The notes under the pieces: model-generated
Databases searched by the model: none
What the model was told of the DNA's origin: nothing
What the model saw: the letters and a program-made list of their open reading frames with translations, nothing else
Source of the DNA: Minutocellus sp. GHC0000111
Taxonomy: Eukaryota
Length of the DNA: 64,000 nt
Direction of reading: 5' to 3'
NCBI GenBank assembly: GCA_977018835.1
Contig: OZ361256.1
Location: 3,224,001 to 3,288,000 of the forward strand
Made by a program: the position numbers and the translations under genes
Part shown: piece by piece, positions 1 through 11,748 of the stretch
How positions within the stretch are numbered: position 1 is the first letter of the stretch
Layout of the letters: the number at the start of each line of letters is the position of its first letter

Positions 1-2
1 CC

Positions 3-911
3 ACGACCATCCCGGCCCTGATGGAGCGGGGGGACCTGCTGGTGTCCGACGAGCTCAACCACACCAGCATCGTCAACGGCGCCCGGGCGTCCGGCGCTGC
101 CATCCGCACCTTCCGGCACAACGATGCCGACCACCTCGAGGAGATTCTGAGCACGGCCATTGTGATGGGCCGGCCCCGAACTCGTCGTCCGTGGAACAAG
201 ATCATGGTCATCGTCGAGGGCATCTACAGCATGGAGGGCGAGTACTGCGACCTGCGCAACATCGTTGCCGTCTGCAAGAAGTACGGTGCCTACCTGTATT
301 TGGATGAGGCGCACAGCATCGGCGCCATGGGCCCCACTGGACGTGGGTGCTGTGAGTACACCGGTGTCGATCCTGCCGATGTAGACATTCTGATGGGAAC
401 CTTTACCAAGAGTTTCGGTGGGATGGGTGGCTACATTGCCGGCAATAAGGATGTCATTGCCTACCTCCGGAAAAAGTGTGCCGGGTCGTCCTTTCACAAT
501 TCGCTTAGTCCGGTCGTTTGTCAGCAGATTATTAGCAGCTTCAAGGTCATTATGGGCGAGGATGGGACCGATATCGGCAAGAGGAAGCTCACTGCGCTTA
601 GGGATAACTCCAACTACTTCCGAATGCGGCTTATGGACATGGGCCTGCACGTTCTTGGTCATTTTGACAGTCCCATCATCCCGGTGATGTTGTACAATCC
701 TACCAAGATTGCCGCATTTTCTCGGGAATGTCTGAAGCGCGGCCTTGCAGTTGTTGTGGTGGGTTTCCCCGCTGTTCCGATCCTAATGTCTCGAGCTCGG
801 TTCTGCATTTCGGCTGCTCATACCCGTGTCGAACTCGACCGGGCTCTGGTAGAAATTGAGGAGATTGCCACACTGCTCAAGCTGAAGTACAATAAGTCCA
901 TCTGTGGTTGA
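3..911 (+). CDS. LCB2: Serine palmitoyltransferase LCB2/SPT2 subunit, 5'-partial
   Basis: PLP-dependent AOS-family motifs [24 protein letters not shown] and GTFTKSFG (PLP lysine), plus [20 protein letters not shown]. The frame is open from base 3 (TTIPALM...), so the gene starts before the window. Confidence 0.92.
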   Translation, partial: TTIPALMERGDLLVSDELNHTSIVNGARASGAAIRTFRHNDADHLEEILSTAIVMGRPRTRRPWNKIMVIVEGIYSMEGEYCDLRNIVAVCKKYGAYLYLDEAHSIGAMGPTGRGCCEYTGVDPADVDILMGTFTKSFGGMGGYIAGNKDVIAYLRKKCAGSSFHNSLSPVVCQQIISSFKVIMGEDGTDIGKRKLTALRDNSNYFRMRLMDMGLHVLGHFDSPIIPVMLYNPTKIAAFSRECLKRGLAVVVVGFPAVPILMSRARFCISAAHTRVELDRALVEIEEIATLLKLKYNKSICG

Positions 912-1072
912 GTGAAACGAAACGCATGGGTGTAATCATGCATCGCTCCATACGACATGTGGCGAGGCTTTCACGTCTATCTATCTTTATATCTTAACAT
1001 GTTAAGTGTTATTTGTCAACAAGTCAGATTCGTATGTCCAGGTATGTAACTACATCAAACTGACCATGATTT

Positions 1073-3251
1073 TTATCCAACAGTAGCGATTGTTCCGACG
1101 ACGGCCATGCCGGTGCCACCAATGATGAAAAGCCAATCAAGAGCCTTCTCCCAGAGTGGAAGGCGCCCGCCGAACAGAACGATGTGGGCACCAGCCGGGA
1201 AAATGACGGAGACAATCATTGTGCAGATGAGGCCAACCAATGAGCAGAGGAAACTGAATGATGGGAAAAATATGGCAACCGCCAACGCCAGGACAATCAA
1301 AATCAGCTTGATCAGGGACGAGGCGACCTCCATCGCGGTTTCGCTTGGAACATACGGGGCCACGATTTCCTCAATGCCCAGTGCAAGAGGAAACATTGTC
1401 AGCGTAAACTTCGAAAAGGCAGTCAAAATCATCAACCACGTCAACATATCCATGGCAAGCTTGGGAGCTGTTCCCGCGGTGGCCAAGGAAATGGTAATCT
1501 GATCCTCGACGAAAGAGCCAAACATGTAGTAGCCGCTCACAGCGACCAAGCAGCAGCACGTAATGACAATCGAGAAGGTGAAGGTGACCATAGGTTCAAA
1601 GTCTTGCGGTCTCTTCATTGACGAGTAAATACTGGGAACGATGGCATGGCCACTAAAAGCATATGCGATCAATCCAAGAGCCAAGGGCAACCCAGATGTT
1701 CTCCACAAAATGTGATGCGGTGTGTCTTCAAGTCGGCCGTATCGTTCGGCGAGAGAATCGGTTATATCACCAGCAGATACAGCGGAAGCAACGACCGACA
1801 GCACAACTGCCACGGTGGCGAATGTTCCGACGGCACTTAGATACGACAGCAACCTTGGTGTTCGGAGCAGAGCCGTGGGAATTGTCAGGACGATTGCAAC
1901 TGCACACATGTGCTTGCTTTGGCTTATCTCAGGGAAAAGCGTGAACAAGTGATCGAAGCGACTCACAAAGAAAATGGCCAGGCACGAGAACAGCTCGAAA
2001 TACAACACCGATGAAAGGACGATGCAACCCTTCTCTCCAAACGCTTCTCTGGCAATGTCTGGGAATGTATTCATCGGCTTCCTCATCCGGGCTGCGGCGC
2101 TAGATCCTGGAACGATCGGGCTTTTGTACGGATTGTCGTCAAAAGCATGACCTGGTCGAGGATCACCATTGAGCTCTCTTCCGATCAAAATCGATGTCCT
2201 CCACGTAACGCCACCAAAGAAGAAGGCAATGAAGAAACCGCCGGCCCACCCAGCACTCTGAAAGATGTATGGCAGGCCCAGCAATCCGACGCCCATGAGG
2301 ATGTTGGCCAAATTGAAAACGCATTGGGAGAACGTTGCGTCTCTGTGGGCGCTGGGTTTGGCCCCGCCCTTCTGCTTGGTTTTCTCCCGCGCCCGATCGT
2401 ACGCCTGCTCCCTGTGATGTCCGGGCGACATGGTCAAGTCCTCCTCCTCCGTCTGCGGCCGCCTGGAGCTCTTGGCGGGGGACTTCTTCTTGCCCTTGCT
2501 CTGTGCCGCCAGAATGCGTGCTCGGTATTCTCTGGCATCCTCGGCCGATTTGCCCTGTTCGGCCTGGGCCTTTTTGGCGGCTGCCATGGTCCCGACCTCC
2601 TCTCCGATGCCACCATCTGCTTCAGTTGATGCAGTATCTCCACGGAGACTGGCCATGGTCGACTTGAAACTCAGAGCCTTATCAGTCAAGGCCTGGAACC
2701 GACCGCTTCCCCACCTCTGATGGCCGAGGCTGGGCTTGCCATCGGGTTGCTGGTCGCCAGGTGACGAAGAACGACGAGAGGCCGGTCGCTCCGCATCTGG
2801 AGTGTAGTATCCGCCCTGTAGATCGAGGCAGAGAAATGGATTTGGTGAGATAATAATGGTTTCAAAGGTGCCAAAAGATATTTGAGCTGACAGTGTGCAC
2901 ATAATATCAACTTCCGGCAGCCAAAGGCCGCATCATTGTTCTCTCCAAACAAAGGCACAACAGGTGCTTCTCGCCAACACGTATACAGTACACACCTTGC
3001 GCTGCCTCAAACCGCCCGCTCCGGCGGCAGCATTATAATGACCAAACCTCGGGCTCTTGGTGACCGCGTCGGCAAACTGGGCATCGCCAATTTGAGGGGT
3101 GGCCAGCAGTGAGGGGCCACGGAGCTGCCGCCTCTGCCTCTCGGACCGACGTGGCACCGACCGAAGTGCCGGTGGCCGTCGAGGCCGGAGATTCGGAATC
3201 TCCGACAAGAGGTGTCTCCTCGGACGGTTGGGAGGGGTCCGATATCTCCAT
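1073..3251 (-). pseudogene. AAAP-family (AVT1-like vacuolar) amino acid transporter with an exon-1 frameshift
   Basis: Motifs FNLANILMGVGLLGLPY, YAFSGHAIVPSIYSSM and FSKFTLTMFP, with many TM segments. Proposed model: ATG 3251 (MEISDP..ETPLV), GT-AG intron 2995-2816, stop 1073. The exon-1 frame switches from ..AAAPWP to SLLATPQI at about 3111-3117. Confidence 0.75.
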
Positions 3252-3420
3252 CCTGCCTTTGCTCTGACGATGCGTTGTTATTATGGTCGGAATGGCCGAT
3301 CCAACTGATGGTTCTGTGGTGGCGTGCTTGAAAATGCAGCAAAAATTATCATTGTGCCACAGGCCGACAACACTATGGATTGTCGTGATAGAGGACCTCC
3401 ATAAGTGAATGAGGGAAGTG

Positions 3421-3444
3421 GACTCGCTCGACTCGACTCGACTC
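3421..3444. promoter_or_regulatory. (ACTCG)n cluster ~170 nt upstream of the AVT1-like ATG
   Basis: GACTCGCTCGACTCGACTCGACTC. The 15-mer GACTCGCTCGACTCG recurs inverted at 61137-61151, upstream of the CAT transporter. Confidence 0.4.
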
Positions 3445-3659
3445 ACTTGGAATGAAAATCCATCGAGGACTGACTTCAACGAAGTCATTATTTATTCCAA
3501 TGACAGTTCATACGGTACGGTACCAATTGTTCCGTGCGCGGTTTGATGTGCGGTCTGTACCGGTAATATATAGGAATTCCTATGCAAATAAGCTTGCATA
3601 AGAACATTTTTATCTAGCTATTATATGAAGAAGAAAATATCATGCTGCTGCAAAACTGG

Positions 3660-4382
3660 CTAAGGATCATCCTCTTCACAAAGAAGCCCGCGTATTTGCG
3701 ACAAGGTGATCCAGTGTGTGATGGAATGTTTCTGTCCGTCATAATGAACGAGATATCGATCTTCTTCCGTCGTCCTCCCTCCGTCTCCGTCCCCAACCTT
3801 TCGGATGGTTGCCTTGTAGGATGCACCTTGATGGTCGACAACAACGCGAGCACCTTTCTCGAGCAAATCTGCCTTGACAGTTGCATTTGCTGCTGTTGTG
3901 GAACCAATATTTGCAAGTCTGCGCGCCTCGCTACTACCTGGAAAGGCCGCCCCCACGACGTATTTCGAGATGTCATCCTCATGGATGTCTTCAGCATCGC
4001 CATCTTCATAGACCACTCGGTAGAAGGGCATGTCTTCAGAAGGCAGCTCAGCAATTTTTCCCACGAACATTCCATATCCCTTGAAAAATTTCTCAATCAC
4101 CTGGCCCATGCGATAGCGAGGAGCAAAGGGTTCCGGTGATTTTGAGGCAGCAGCCGGTGATGTACTTGCTTGCGCCTTTGTTTTCGCTTTTGCTTTCGTT
4201 TTTGCGGGCCTCTTCTGGCCGTTCTTCTTTGCCGATTGGGTCGAAACTTTTTTTCTTTTTATTACTCTTGCTGTTGGCCGCGGGAGAAGCTTGGCGCTTC
4301 CTTTGAGTAGTTGTGTAACCGAATGCACCATCAAGGACGACATACGCATAATGTATGCCAGTCTCCAAACCGCCCAAGACAT
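3660..4382 (-). pseudogene. Tudor-like (PTM/DIR17-type) plus Tudor-knot/chromo-barrel domain protein, C-terminal part
   Basis: Motifs VIEKFFKGYGMFVGKI..FYRVVYEDGDAEDI and YKATIRKV..RYLVHYDGQK..WI. Joins the 4093..4821 frame if one base of the T7 run at 4248-4254 is removed (giving KSNKKKKVSTQ). Confidence 0.6.
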
Positions 4383-4821
4383 ACGCTACGTCATAGGTCA
4401 AGTTGTTCTCCTCTCTCGCTCGCCGTCGATGCTGCCGTGTCGATCGTCCAACATGTCTTTCCACTGTCAACTGGTCCATGAGGCCACGCAACAATTCGGT
4501 CGCCAGCCCCTTGCCCCAATGCCGTTTGCCGAATATATATCCCAAATGCACCGACGATTTTTCGGGTCGGAGAAGAATCAGACCACATAGTTCGTTGGTG
4601 CCAAGCAGTCGAACTGACGACACGGCACTTTCCCCGGCGGAGAAAGTAGACGCCCACTTTGAAACATCGCTTGTGCCGGTTTCGTACAGGAGATGAGGAG
4701 GTAAGAAGGCTGTGACTTCAGTATCCAGGATATCATCGAGCTCTTTCAGCTCTGCGGCTGATAGAGGAGTGCTCCAGGGAGCCACGGTGAGGCGGTCCGT
4801 GGCGTATCTTGCTTCTTGCAT
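4093..4821 (-). pseudogene. GNAT (RimJ/RimL-type) acetyltransferase domain, apparently C-terminally truncated and fused to the Tudor gene
   Basis: TDRL N-terminal motif and acetyl-CoA motif HLGYIFGKRHWGKGLATELL. The usual downstream N.AS..VL.K.GF segment is absent. Confidence 0.6.
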
Positions 4822-5052
4822 GGCTACTAGCTCTCGAGAGGAGAAATGAGGTCGAGTGACGGATCTTCATGCTTCTGCTTCGATCTGCAACATTTATGCC
4901 CTTGTGGCTGCGAATGAAAAGCGCGCCGCCAAAACGCGCCACTTGCTCTCGTCGGCGTCGTCGCCTTTCGCTTCGTCATTGTTCGGCAGAGAAGGCGCAA
5001 CGCAGGACCAAGCTGAGGACCAGCATACCAACTGGTATTGTGTTGCACGATT

Positions 5053-6657
5053 ATGACTCCCCTCGAGATACTTGACAGTACGCCGTGGTTCTGCGATGTG
5101 TCCGCCGAGCTCAAGGAGGCCTTGGCTTCCAAGATGGTCCTTCGGGAGGTCGAGGCTGGACACATCTTCACGCACGAAGGCTTGCCGGTGACGAATCTTC
5201 TTATTTTCGAAGAAGGCATCCTCGCCCGATCCAAGGCCGAATCAACCGAAGTGGCCGAAAGCCTCTCAGCTAACGAATCGATAATGGATATGAATTGCTC
5301 ATCGCCAGAGGCATTTGAGAAGAGCATCGTAGTTGATGAAATCGAAGGCCTCGGTCGAGTTACCGGTTTGCTTCACATTCTCGTCGAGGCCGATACCCTT
5401 GCGTTCGCGACAGTGTGGGCCAAAACTCCTGCCAAGGTGTGGCAGATCCCCTCCGAAGATATTCGAGATGTTTTAGAAGGCAACGCCAAATTTGCCCTCG
5501 AGATGATGTCGGTCCTGGCCATGAGTATGCGCGTTGGCTCCAAGTCGCTCCGAGGCCTCATCAAGAACGTATCGGCAGGTGCCTCAGGTACCGCCGAGGG
5601 TGAAGAAGGCGCCAAGCCAACCATCAAGGTTTTGTGCTACGACAGTACTTCGTGGACTGTCGATTTTTTCAAGCCTGCTGTCAAAGCGTTCAATGAAAGT
5701 GCCGACTCTGCTTTCCAAATCAAAATGGATTACACTGCCGATCGCCTTTCGGAAAGAAGTGCAACCTACGCAGCTGGATATGATGCCATCTGCCTGTTCG
5801 TGAACGACAACGCAGATGCTGAATGCCTCCGCATCCTGTCTCTACTCGGCGTGAAAATGATTGCCATGAGATGTGCTGGCTTCGATCGGGTTGACATTCA
5901 TGCCGCAAAAGCATATGGATTTACTGTTGCCCGAGTTCCTGCCTACTCGCCGTATGCTGTCGCGGAGCACGCGATAGCCCTGCTCATGAGCGTCAATCGG
6001 CGGATCCACACCGCCAATGTGCGCACAAAGATGGCCAACTTTACGTTGGATACAGGCCTCCTAGGGATGGATATTCATGGAAAGACCGTGGGAGTCATGG
6101 GCACGGGAAAAATTGGCCAAATCCTATGCAATATCCTGAATGGCTTTGGTGCCAACTTGCTTTGCTACGATGTCTTCGAAAGCGATGAGGTCAAAAAGTT
6201 GGGAGCCAAGTATGTCTCCAAGGAAGAGATATATGAGAAATGCGATATAATCTTCCTTATGATGCCACTCCTTCCCCAGACCAAGCATACCATCTGCATG
6301 GATGCACTGTCGAAGCTCAAGAAGGGGGTTATCATTATCAACACTGCTCGAGGTGGACTAATCGATACAAAGGCCCTCATCTCTGGTCTTCAGACTGGAG
6401 TCATCAGCGGCGCAGGAATCGACGTTTTTGAGAACGAGGCGGAATACTTCTTCCGTGACTGGAGTGCCAAGAACATTGAAGACCCTGAGCTGACTGCTCT
6501 ATTGGGCAACAATAGGGTTGTTCTTACTGCTCATCAGGCATTCTTCACGAAAGAGGCCATCGACAAGATTGGTACAACTCTAAGCAATCTGTGCGACTGG
6601 AAGGCGGGCAAGAAGGGCACAGAGCACCCCAACACTTGCATTTTCCCTCCGAAATAG
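5053..6657 (+). CDS. cNMP-binding-like domain fused to NAD-dependent D-lactate dehydrogenase (LdhA-like D-2-hydroxyacid dehydrogenase)
   Basis: N-terminal TPWF..L...L....VEAGHIFTHEG..GRVTGLLH..ATVWAKT (CNB fold). C-terminal MRCAGFDRVD, RVPAYSPYAVAEH, GVMGTGKIG, INTARGGLID, DVFENE and TAHQAFFT. Confidence 0.88.
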   Translation: MTPLEILDSTPWFCDVSAELKEALASKMVLREVEAGHIFTHEGLPVTNLLIFEEGILARSKAESTEVAESLSANESIMDMNCSSPEAFEKSIVVDEIEGLGRVTGLLHILVEADTLAFATVWAKTPAKVWQIPSEDIRDVLEGNAKFALEMMSVLAMSMRVGSKSLRGLIKNVSAGASGTAEGEEGAKPTIKVLCYDSTSWTVDFFKPAVKAFNESADSAFQIKMDYTADRLSERSATYAAGYDAICLFVNDNADAECLRILSLLGVKMIAMRCAGFDRVDIHAAKAYGFTVARVPAYSPYAVAEHAIALLMSVNRRIHTANVRTKMANFTLDTGLLGMDIHGKTVGVMGTGKIGQILCNILNGFGANLLCYDVFESDEVKKLGAKYVSKEEIYEKCDIIFLMMPLLPQTKHTICMDALSKLKKGVIIINTARGGLIDTKALISGLQTGVISGAGIDVFENEAEYFFRDWSAKNIEDPELTALLGNNRVVLTAHQAFFTKEAIDKIGTTLSNLCDWKAGKKGTEHPNTCIFPPK

Positions 6658-6899
6658 CTGACGAGAAGAGCGCACATTTTTGTTCTCAGAGAGTATCGGT
6701 GTATCGGTATCAATTTACACTTTATTCACTTATAGAGTTAGAGTTTGACCTATACTTTATTTACCGGCCGCCGAGCTACGTAGTATCTTACCTTACCCTT
6801 TTGTTTACAATTTGCTCAGCTCATTCAGTCATACCATACATGTAGTCCATCGTGCAGCTCCGTACAAAGCTAGACTAGCTAGCTACGTAGTAAACGGTA

Positions 6900-7766
6900 T
6901 TAATTCTCCGCGTTTTCTTCCTTAGCGTCAGCCGCTTTGTCCTTTTCCACCTTGCGTCTCTTGCCCGTCTGATCATCTACGTGCATAACACTGCACTGCC
7001 AAGGCGGCGTTATGACGTCCCTCCCATCGGTATCCTTGCAGATCTCTTTCAGTACGGCCGATTTCAAGTCTTCCAGATCCCACTTGGCTCTAGCATCTTT
7101 CTCCTCCAGGTAACGCCTCCCGAGCGTTATGCGATTGCCAGGGCGCATCCAACCGACTGATATAAATGGGGCAAAATTGTTGTTGCCCCGGGCAAAGACC
7201 AGGTTGACGGTCTTGTCGGGCGATCCAAGCCAGCGGAGCTGCTGGAGGAGAAGCTCGTGGACCGTGTCGCTGTGCTTCGACTTGGAATCGGCCCCGTCGT
7301 CCTGAAGATCCCAACCCGGACCTTCCGTGAGGCTGGCCTTGAACCCATCGCTGTCCCTTTTTCCAGCGCTTGCTGCGGTGCCCTCAACTTCGAACGTCAT
7401 GTCTGATTCCACCTGCGCATCGAAGGCCCCTCGCTTCGGGGCCTCAATCTTGGTGGCATCGGCGTTGTCTACGCCCACCCACGTCCCGGACCATTTGAGA
7501 GGGGATGGGTCGCCCTCTTTTGGTGGCTTGTCGACAGAGAAGATTCCATCCCACACAAACAGCGTCTCTCTCCAGTTCTCCGGCATGGTGCTTTTTGCAG
7601 TGCTACCTCGTACGAGTAGTGGATATCCGGCTGCTGGCAGCAGCATGCGTATCATTTTGCTTGAAGCGATGCGATGGCATCTGAAATTAAACGTCAGCAT
7701 GACCACATCTCGAAAGCTGTATCGGTGCCGCCGAAAAAGCTGGGCGGGCGAAGCCGATCGATCCAA
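6900..7766 (-). CDS. Hypothetical protein; start uncertain (7655 or 7586 plausible)
   Basis: Long ORF with globular, Trp/Gly-rich composition (LFVWDG, WSGTWVG, FARGNNNFAPFISVG, ITLGRRYL, PPW) and a KRRK tail. Confidence 0.65.
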   Translation of the reverse strand: MDRSASPAQLFRRHRYSFRDVVMLTFNFRCHRIASSKMIRMLLPAAGYPLLVRGSTAKSTMPENWRETLFVWDGIFSVDKPPKEGDPSPLKWSGTWVGVDNADATKIEAPKRGAFDAQVESDMTFEVEGTAASAGKRDSDGFKASLTEGPGWDLQDDGADSKSKHSDTVHELLLQQLRWLGSPDKTVNLVFARGNNNFAPFISVGWMRPGNRITLGRRYLEEKDARAKWDLEDLKSAVLKEICKDTDGRDVITPPWQCSVMHVDDQTGKRRKVEKDKAADAKEENAEN

Positions 7767-7885
7767 AGGAATGAATCAATCGAAACAAGTACCTACCAAT
7801 TGGTAGGTACAAGCCATCATCATACCAATGGTACACGTACCAATCGTACATGTAGGCCGTTCAGAAAGCTTCGATAGATGTCAGC

Positions 7886-9506
7886 ATGGTGCAGCCACCA
7901 GGAGCTTCAGGAGCTGCTGCCCTTCCCCACATTCTTCTCATTGTCACAGATCAGTTCCGTCGTGATGCCTTCTCATCCAACATCACGCCAAATCTTTCCA
8001 CTCTTTCGCAAAGATCCACCGTATTTGCAAACGTCTACCCCCACGTGCACCCCTTCTCGGTCGGCACTGCTGACTGGAAGGAGTCCCTGGAATCATGGCA
8101 TGCTGGGATATGGAGCTTATGTCAACTGCGAAGAATATCCAACAACTCTTCCCATGGTGCTCGATGGGCTTGGCTACTCGACGGTGGAAGTTGGAAAGAA
8201 CCACTTTGGATTAAGAACAGAAGCTGGAAGCAATCAACGAGAATTTATAAGCCACGGCTACAAGAATATGACGCTGCACGAGGGATTACCTGAGATCCCA
8301 GACGATTACAATAGATATTTTGACTCTGTGCATCCTGGCATCGATCCCCTGAAAACATGCAATCTGGATTGGAATGACTGGAAAGGGTGCCCGTATTTCT
8401 TTGAAGAAGGGGTTCATCCGACAAGCTGGACAACGAAAGAGGCTTTGAAAGCAATTGGATCTCATAATTTCGCAGATCAAAGCAGCCCACTCATGCTCAA
8501 AGTAAGCTACCACAGACCACATTCGCCGTACGATCCGCCTAAGAGATTGTTTGATAAACACATTTCTAGGAAGCATCGACCACAATATGCTCGCAACATC
8601 AACCACAAGAGTTGGGACCAACGATATATAAACAAAACTGAAATGCCCTCTGATGCATGGCACGGTGATCCCGGGGAGGATGACGCACGGAGTAGCCGAG
8701 CCGCCTACCTTGCGAATGTAGAGCTTATTGATGAAGGGATTGGAGACATATTGCGTACCTTGGAAAGACTTGATGTTCTAGATGAGTTCTTCATTGTCTG
8801 GACGACAGATCATGGAGATATGAATGGCGACCATTTTCTATGGCGCAAAGGCTATCCCTACGAAGCCTCAAGTCACATCAATATGCTGATGAAGCTTCCG
8901 CATCAAAAGAGAGGTGCTGTAAGTCGGGCTCTTGTCGAAAATCGAGATATTGTGCCTACAATATATCAACTGATCGGTGTCCTCGAGAGTGTCCAAAAGC
9001 TTGATCCGCTCATGGACGGCATTAGTCTTTTGCCCATTCTCAATCAAAGTGACAGCACTACTAGAGGGGTTCGCAACCGCCTCGACCTAGAGCATAATGT
9101 CGTATACGACCCTGATATTCATTGGAATGCGATTGTTGGATATCTCCACGGGAAAATTTACAAGTATGTCTATTTTGCAAGGGATGGGAGAGAACAGTTG
9201 TTTTGTATAACCGATGATCCCAGGGAGCAAAACGATATAGCGGCACAGAAAGATGATCCAAATTTCCCCTCACTCCTAGCCTTGTGGAGAAAGGTCCTCG
9301 TTCGTCAGTTTCAGAAGGAGGGGAGGGGCGAGGAATGGATAACTCTCAACGGAACGTTGGTTATTGGACGAAAATCGATAAACTTTGGGCCCAACTATCC
9401 TTGTTTGTCGTCCATATCAAAACCAGCTGTTGGCCACTGGCGACTAGAAGGACCTGTCGTGGTTCAATGTAGAACTAATATATTGTCTGCTAACAGTAGA
9501 CACTAA
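7886..9506 (+). pseudogene. Formylglycine-dependent (S1) sulfatase with a frameshift just before the catalytic motif
   Basis: PHILLIVTDQFRRD..TPNL..VFAN lies in the 7886 frame. TSTPTCTPSRSALLTGR (CxPxR), GKNH, HRPHSPYDPP, TDHGDM and WRKG lie in the 7878 frame. The switch is at about 8028-8036. Confidence 0.85.
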
Positions 9507-9752
9507 CCCTCATGCGATACCCTCCTATCCAACAATACAAGCCACTACAATAGCCAGACGATAGTAGAAAGACTTCGGATGTCTTGGTTCCTGTTATTTT
9601 AACTGGCTTAGCTTAGCTTAGCTCTAGATATTAGATGTTTTGTGGCGTGCATGCATATTACTACGTAGCCAGTAGTTTTGCTTGCGGCAATTTGTAAAGA
9701 AGCTTGTTAAGTGCCATGCTGTCGTAGAAATGACTCGAATGTATTGATTCAT

Positions 9753-10850
9753 TCAAGAGTCTAGCTGGAAGAATAGGTAGTCGTCGTCTCCCTGGACAGG
9801 AGACGAAATAATGGGAGGTAGCTGTAGCGATGATGGGAGGTCTGACCTTCCTTCTCCTTCCAGCTCAAAGGTAGTTGTAGCGTGCTGAGAGCTGTTCAGC
9901 GTCTTGAGGTCGAGGAGGGAGGTGCACTTTCTGCGAAGGGGGGAGCCATGGGGCCCGCCGGTAGTCCTGCGATGATGGTGGGAGGACGACGAGATGTCAC
10001 TCCCACTCCGTCGTGGCAGAACTATGGGATTGGCCCCTCGTTGGTAGGTGTTGGTCGTGGTAGGCCTAGCGCTAGCGTTGACGTTGGAAGGTAGAGGCCA
10101 CGATGATGACGACCGGGAGAATGACGTGAGCGACGGCTGCGCTACTGGTAGGCCTATATGCAGCAGCGCTGGTGCTGGGTCGTCGAGAGTCATGAGATCC
10201 GACATTGACAGGACCTTGGTAAGGACGTCGGCCATGGTGGCGATTTGGGCATCATCGCCTTCGATGTCCTGCTGGTTGCCGTTGTAGGCTTCAGCTATAT
10301 CTTGCTGGGCCTCCTCCTCCTCCTCTTCTTTTTCTTCTTGGGGAGGAGGAGGGGGATTGTACGATGCCACAAAGTCGGCGTCGGCCTGCGCCAATCGCAG
10401 GGCGCGCTGGACGGCATCGGCCGAATGACGGCGGCTAATTTGGGCAAGACGTTCGGAGCTGACGTCGTAGTCCTCTTAGTCGACGACGGACGATCCCGTG
10501 ACGGAATCGCCGGAATGCATCTCCCACTGCCGGGACTGTTCGTCGAGGAGGGCATCGTACAGTGCGTCCCGCTCGGCCTTGAGGGACTGGCTGTGCTCGG
10601 ACGATTGCACGTGCTCGAGGCCTCGGGGGCAGCAGGACGGCGAGGAGGAGGAGGAGGAGTCATCGTCGTCATGGTCGTGGTCGTGGTGAGGTTGTTGCAT
10701 CTGGTGGACGTTGGTGATGACATCCTGATAAATTCTGGAGGAAGAGGCCTCGTCGCAGTAGTACAGGGCCGCAAGCTGCTCGTCCGACATGGACGCACGG
10801 GTTGGGATGGGAAGGAGAGATGTCTCGGGGTTGAAACGGAGGGACTTCAT
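9753..10850 (-). pseudogene. Diatom RGLE-motif family protein with an in-frame TAA at 10476-10478
   Basis: KSLRF..LYY..CPRGLEH..R..YDALLDEQSRQW continues in frame through TAA into EDYD..ERLAQISRRHSADAVQRALRLAQADADFV. Confidence 0.75.
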
Positions 10851-11748
10851 GCTGGTCGTAGGTCTAGTAGCTAGCTGAGCTGCAGTAGTCTGCTTGATGG
10901 GATGAAGTTGCGGTTGCTTTGTTGCTGGTGTGTGCTTTTGTTCTTTTTTGTGCTGGAATAAATTCACGAATTCATTCAAGAGGCAGATGATGAATGGGTG
11001 AATGGAACAAGATCACACAGAAATGAACAGGGCAAGTTCGGCAAGTTCGGATCACACACTGGAAGTCGAGGCCGACTTACTTTTGTATTCTTGAGGCCTG
11101 AGGCCGACTTTGCGGGTGGGTTGCGTGTAGTGCGTTTGTGTCAAATGTCTTCCGTTTTCAGAGTGACCAGCATGCCAGTGGTCTGGGGGACGTGTGTGGG
11201 ACCGGCAGAAGCTCCAAGCAACAATGGGCTCGCCGGCCGCGGGTTGCAGTGCTTTTCCGGAGCACTTCTCGACTTTTCAGGCCGTTCCCTTGCCTTTTTT
11301 AGCGCCATGCTTGTGTCAGAATGGTCGTCATGAGAATGGGTCGTCACAGGCCGAGTTGCAGAGGCTGCTTTTGCCAGCCTGGCGAATGGCGTCATTCTGG
11401 TTGAGGCCGACGTCATGCATGCATCGCTGGGGCAGATGGTCGGCGCAAAAGGCATATCTTGCTGTTCCCAAGTACCGGTACTAACTTTGCTCGTGGAATT
11501 TTGTGTCGCTCTGCCAGCTGGTTTTCTGAAAATGACGCTGGAACATCAGAATATTCGGCTCACACATGAGGCCATCTGGCCGAGTTGCACTTTGGTCCCG
11601 AGGTTCCAGCCGCAGCGGACACCCTCTTCAACTCGGAAAATCTTTTCGGCTTCCTTTATTTTGAGCCGGACGCCATCATGCATGCATTCGTTCACACAAT
11701 CTCCTCATCCATCATTCAATCAATTCCGACAAACGAAACCTTTCCATC

